NCBI GenBank assembly: GCA_024704765.1
Contig: JAKMXF010000321.1
Location: 62,001 to 126,000, forward strand
DNA from: Oopsacas minuta
Lineage: Eukaryota > Animalia > Porifera
Length of the DNA: 64,000 bases
Reading direction: 5' to 3'
The notes below the pieces were generated by a model that had not been told where the DNA came from, made no database searches, and saw only the letters and a list, made by a program, of their open reading frames with translations. Position numbers and translations under genes: made by a program. Position 1 is the first letter of the stretch, and each line of letters opens with the position of its first letter. Shown piece by piece: positions 59,253 to 64,000 of this stretch.

Positions 59253-60536
59253 TTTGTATATGTATAAGCTATTGAAAAGGTGTCAAATGGTCGAAAACAC
59301 ATTAATTGGCACAAATTAGCCCAATGATCCAATAACAACCCTTCTCATAAGTAAGCCGTCATAAACATGGTCCATATAGACAGAAACATCCCTCTATATG
59401 GCACTGTGCCACAATTACCTGCCACTTTTCCAAGAAACGTTCCATGGGGGTTGACAGACAGCGGTTCACAACTTTTTTTTCACATATCGACCCCCCCATA
59501 CAAATTCCCACATTCTGTGTACCCTTCCCATATACTGAATACAAATTTTGAGATCCTTGTGGACCCCATGGTGTCGTCCGTGAACCACGAAGGGGTCCCC
59601 CAAGCTAGGAACCACTCCCATAAATGTTTGTAATAAACAATATTACCAAAAATGCGAACGAATAAGTACGAATTGATATATTACATAATATGAATCTGTA
59701 AATGTGTCGTCTTGTGTCGCTCACGCATTGCACAAGACCGACAACAAATATATGCATACCACCATAATTGGTAAAGTAATATTGAAAGCAACATATAAAG
59801 CATACCAAAGTACATATCACGTTGCTAGGGTTAATTACAAGCTAAACAATAAAACCACATTTAATACTTTCAATGAACTTGTGGCTTTAAAAATTACGAG
59901 GGGATTATACAGCTATAATTAGATTAAGAAATATAATACCTTCAAAAGCAGAGCTAATATAAACACAAATAAACAACGAAGATAAACAACTTTGTGGTTT
60001 AATTATGCTAGTAAGATAATCAGAAAATCCAAAAGTTACTCATAAATAATTATTGGAGAAATTCGTATTATTTATTATATGTAATATTAGCTAAATGGTA
60101 CATTCCTTTGGTAAATATCTGTATCCATGTGATGTATAATGTATAATATCAGCAATTACACATTAGCAATTAGTAAATATAGTAAATTTGTAAACAAACA
60201 AAATATCTAATATTAGAAATTTCTAAAAATAATTATAATTGTGGCTGTAAGTCAGCCACAATTACCTGAATCATATTTACACCTCAAAACCACTTCGAGA
60301 CACAATTTGCAAGAAATTCGAATTTCTGTGAATGCCAATAATGGAAATATTTGACAAGTTAAGAATTCGAATTATTCTAAAATGGCAGACTAATAAAGTC
60401 ACTGTTAGTTGTAGACTTGTCTCACCTCCACCACCCGAATCAAGCCACATGAATATTGCCATTAATTCACCACAAATTAATCTCGAAATATGAGATTTTG
60501 ACACTTTCATAAGTCACGTTATCATCAAGTATTATA

Positions 60537-60846
60537 CAGTAGAACCTCCGAGATCCGGGCAGTGTGGGACCGGAGGGTGCCCGGATCTCGGAAATATCAT
60601 TAACTCTATGGTAGTTACAACCCATAATGTACATTGAGTTCCCTTAGGTATTCTAATTCTGTTATTAAGTTTACATACTGTATACAAACGTAATCCCATA
60701 TGAAATATTTTGGAACTGAAGTCACCGTTAGTGTGAGGAGAATCATATGAAATGGTGGAATTCTTTTGGACTGATATAAAATAAGGGTGCCCGGTTGAGG
60801 GAGGTGCCCGTATCTTGGAGGTGCCCGTATCTCGGAGGTTCGACTG
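60537..60846. mobile_element. Tigger/pogo-like MITE
   Basis: TIRs CAGTAGAACCTCCGAGATCCGGGCA and TGCCCGTATCTCGGAGGTTCGACTG, TA on both sides, with internal subterminal repeats. Confidence 0.9.
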
Positions 60847-61207
60847 TATACCTAATTCTGTGGCTTCATCAACAATTCAAGAACTGTTTTGATGCAAAAT
60901 ATTTATTGCAGAAATTGGCTTAATTAAAATTATGTCGCAAATATAAATTTAGTATCATACGTAACACATTCAGTGGACCCTCTCCTGCTGTCCTCCGTGG
61001 ACCACCAGGGGCCCAATGTGCACATGTTGGGAACTGCTGTCCCTATCCTCACATCGGGGCAAGTTCCTTTCTAAATCCCATAGACAGGGGCGAGGGGAAC
61101 AGGGGACAATTGGGCCAATAAAGAAAATTTCGAGTATAGAATACATGATTAAAATCAATAAGTGATAGATCATAAATGAAGTCCTAATCAACCAATCAAA
61201 ATGCACG

Positions 61208-61951
61208 CTAGTCATCCTTAGATCCATATTTGATTATTCTAATAAACTGAATATAATCAAAAAGACCATTTTCATCAGGTGTTACCGCTTGGAACATATT
61301 GTCCACTTGTTCATTATTGAATCGATCCCCCATGGTAGTGAGGAGTTCCCTTAATCTGTCTTCATGGATCTTCCCTGTACCCTCTTCATCAAAACAAGCA
61401 AATGCATTCTTAATCACATCCTCTGGGTCTGTCCCACTTAACTTCTCTCCAAACAGAGTTAGAAACATTGTGAAGTTTAGAGGACCATGTGCTTCATCTA
61501 ACATGTCCTGTATGTATTGTTCTGACACCTCTTTACCTGTAATAGGTGTTAGTTCCAATTACAATAGGAGTTTTTCCAAAACCTGAATGTTTCAGAATTC
61601 AGAAAATACAAATCACTGGAAGACATTTTTAGGCATTAAAATCACTAATTTTGGCGCTCACTTCCACTTATTCTGGCGCGAAAAGCTATTTTTGAACAAT
61701 GAGTAATATAGGCACTAAGTATCACACATATAGTTCCATTTATAATTTAAAGTTCCAATTCAAAACTAACCTAGAGACGCCAGCATTTCCCTCAAATCTT
61801 CAGAGTCAATGTAACCATCTCTATTCTGATCGATAATATTGAAGGCCTCCTTAAACTCCTGTATCTGTGATTGATCAAGCATTGCAAAGATGTTTGAAGT
61901 GGCGCGTCTGTGTCGAGACTTGCTTTTGGTCATCAAACGGTGTTTACTCAT
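61208..61951 (-). CDS. Myosin II regulatory light chain, paralog B; exons 61951..61771 and 61536..61208 (169 aa)
   Basis: [12 protein letters not shown]-hand [12 protein letters not shown], and the same intron position as paralog A. Confidence 0.95.
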
Positions 61952-62290
61952 TTCTAATTTGTTTGTTTACAAATATGTATACTGTAAACAAAATAACAAC
62001 AAAATGAATTTCTGTAGAAGTTAGATTTGGACCGATAAAGCAAGACACTTGGTCACAATATGACACTTAATTTAATTATACGAAAAGTTCCGGGTCTATG
62101 CGCTATGCTACTTTGCTTAATTTCGAGGCGTTAGTTCCAGATTCGCCTAAATATTCTAGTGTCAAATACTTTAGTGTATGAAGGCTGCAATATGATTGGT
62201 GGATTTAATGTTGCTATAAATAGAATGATCATAAATATACACAATGAATTACAGACTACTACTAGCTACCTCAACCAATCAAAATGCACG

Positions 62291-63144
62291 CTAGTCATCC
62301 TTAGATCCATATTTGATTATTCTAATAAACTGAATATAATCAAAAAGACCATTTTCATCAGGTGTTACCGCTTGGAACATATTGTCCACTTGTTCATTAT
62401 TGAATCTGTCCCCCATGGTAGTGAGGAGTTCCCTTAACCTGTCTTCATGGATCTTCCCTGTACCCTCTTCATCAAAACAAGCAAATGCATTCTTGATCAC
62501 GTCCTCTGGGTCTGTCCCACTTAACTTCTCTCCAAACAGAGTTAGAAACATTGTGAAGTTTAGATTCCCTCTGGACTCCTCCAACATTTCTTCTATATAC
62601 CTCTCTGGGACCTCTTTACCTAATTTGAAGGGACATGTTAAACTGGAACTATAAATATACAAACCAGAACTATACTTATCAATCCTTTCTAACTATCTGC
62701 CTGTATTTCTAATTTTATATGTGTTTTCCATTATGCGAGAAATAATCAATATTTTCCCTGATTAGCAAGCATGCATAACCCTTTCAATGGTCCTCTCCCT
62801 CATTGAGGGGTGTAGACAAATACCAACGAGGTAACCATGGAAACTGGGACATAACACGTCATAGAAGCGGGCAGGGAGTTGGTGAATATATTTCTGGAAT
62901 GTAATAAGTGATAATATATTATGTCCCCAGTATAAGGGTGTTATAATATATAATTCCACTTACCAAGTGACACCATCATCTCTTTCAAATCTTTAGCATC
63001 AATAAAGCCATCTCTGTTCTGATCGATTATATTAAAGGCCTCTTTGAATTCTTGTATTTGAGATTGATCGAACATTGAAAATATATTTGAGGTCCTGGGT
63101 CTACTTCCACCATGTTTTGACTTCTGAGCTCTGGTTTTAGACAT
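62291..63144 (-). CDS. Myosin II regulatory light chain, paralog C; exons 63144..62964 and 62619..62291 (169 aa)
   Basis: [11 protein letters not shown]-hand [12 protein letters not shown], and the same intron position. Confidence 0.95.
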
Positions 63145-63356
63145 GATTGGAATTGGAACTAATTAATATTCTAAATTGGAACTAAGAAAATAAATGGTAT
63201 GATAATTGCCTATGGATCGGTCGAAGCCCCTGGAGGGTGAGGATATTAAAAGGTGTTAATTTTATAACCTTACCTAGGACTAGGGGATACGGGACAACAA
63301 ATTATAAATAGGTGTGCGGAACTGGAACTAAGATATATGAATATATAAATAAGTAG

Positions 63357-63969
63357 CTATAAAATGGCGCAAACTTTAGAAGTGACAGGGTCGCTATTGT
63401 AACTTAAATTAGTCTCAACAACATTATCTAAAGATATATTCTGATTGGTAGACTCTTGGATGCTAGTTCTAGTTCCAATTTCCTCTATTTCCTCGTCACT
63501 TGTCTCAAAAATAGGCGCCAAAACCCCTGGTCTTCGAGGTACCAAATATATCTGTTCGAATTCTGGATCTTTAGGAAATAACCCCGGCATTTCATTGGCT
63601 GACAAACATTCGAACTGATCGCTGAATTCCAATACACCATTTATGTCGTTAAGATTATCAGTTAGTACTGGATAGCTTTGAGTATATTCACCTAATGGAT
63701 GTGAACATATTAAACAGGAACTATAAAATAACCACGGGTAATATGGAACTAACATTACCGAATTGATGTATTTTATCGCTCTGTTTGAAAAGATAAGGTC
63801 CTGTTTCAAATAGGATATTCTCTTCCAAACTGGAACTAACAGAAACCATCCCAATTGAGCCACAAACGGAACTATATGCCACAACACTTCCTGCCAAATT
63901 GCAATCAATAGAAGTAATAGACTCTCCCAGACAGAAACTAGCCAATAGAACCAATTCTGTAAATTCCAA
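63357..63969 (-). CDS. Uncharacterised protein; probable exons 63969..63759 and 63691..63357 (may continue further)
   Basis: Two ORFs join in phase across GT (63758) and AG (63693-63692). The N-terminal SITSIDCNLAGSVVAYSSVCGSIGMV is reminiscent of a WD40-type blade. No family recognised. Confidence 0.5.
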
Positions 63970-64000
63970 TAAATGGATGTATCCGTCTAAACTGGAACTA

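Noticed and set aside
879-62654. Numerous 60-235 aa antisense or alternate-frame ORFs overlapping real genes (e.g. 879-1301, 7981-8535, 30979-31539, 46933-47637)
   Set aside because: They are shadows of long coding exons with no recognisable motifs.

Overview
AT-rich, gene-dense eukaryotic (animal) DNA with GT-AG introns. Many genes are intronless and intergenic gaps are often only 90-200 bp. This layout and the expanded RING-less NHL family suggest a compact sponge genome such as a glass sponge (inference). From left to right the window contains: the 3' part of a TRIM2/3-like filamin-NHL gene, an SVOP-like MFS transporter, a tetraspanin, an intronless HECW-type HECT E3 ligase, four coiled-coil+NHL genes, V-ATPase subunit F, KEOPS subunit Pcc1/LAGE3, and a 22.7-kb multi-exon DNAH10 with an antisense NHL gene nested in one intron. 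That nested gene is an inverted copy of the NHL gene just upstream of DNAH10. Then come a CCDC30-like coiled-coil gene, a CpG-rich composite satellite, a twister-ribozyme-like RNA motif, three coiled-coil+DUSP(-UBL) genes with no protease domain (one frameshifted), DNAJC19/PAM18, a small bZIP factor, three tandem myosin regulatory light chain genes and an orphan gene. Several hAT and Tc1/mariner MITEs with TIRs and target-site duplications lie between genes and in introns. The best leads are the twister-like fold at 50469-50540, the RING-less TRIM-coil family with swappable NHL or DUSP-UBL heads and phosphotyrosine/PxxP linkers, the self-nested inverted duplication, and a 13-mer that recurs near intron donors.
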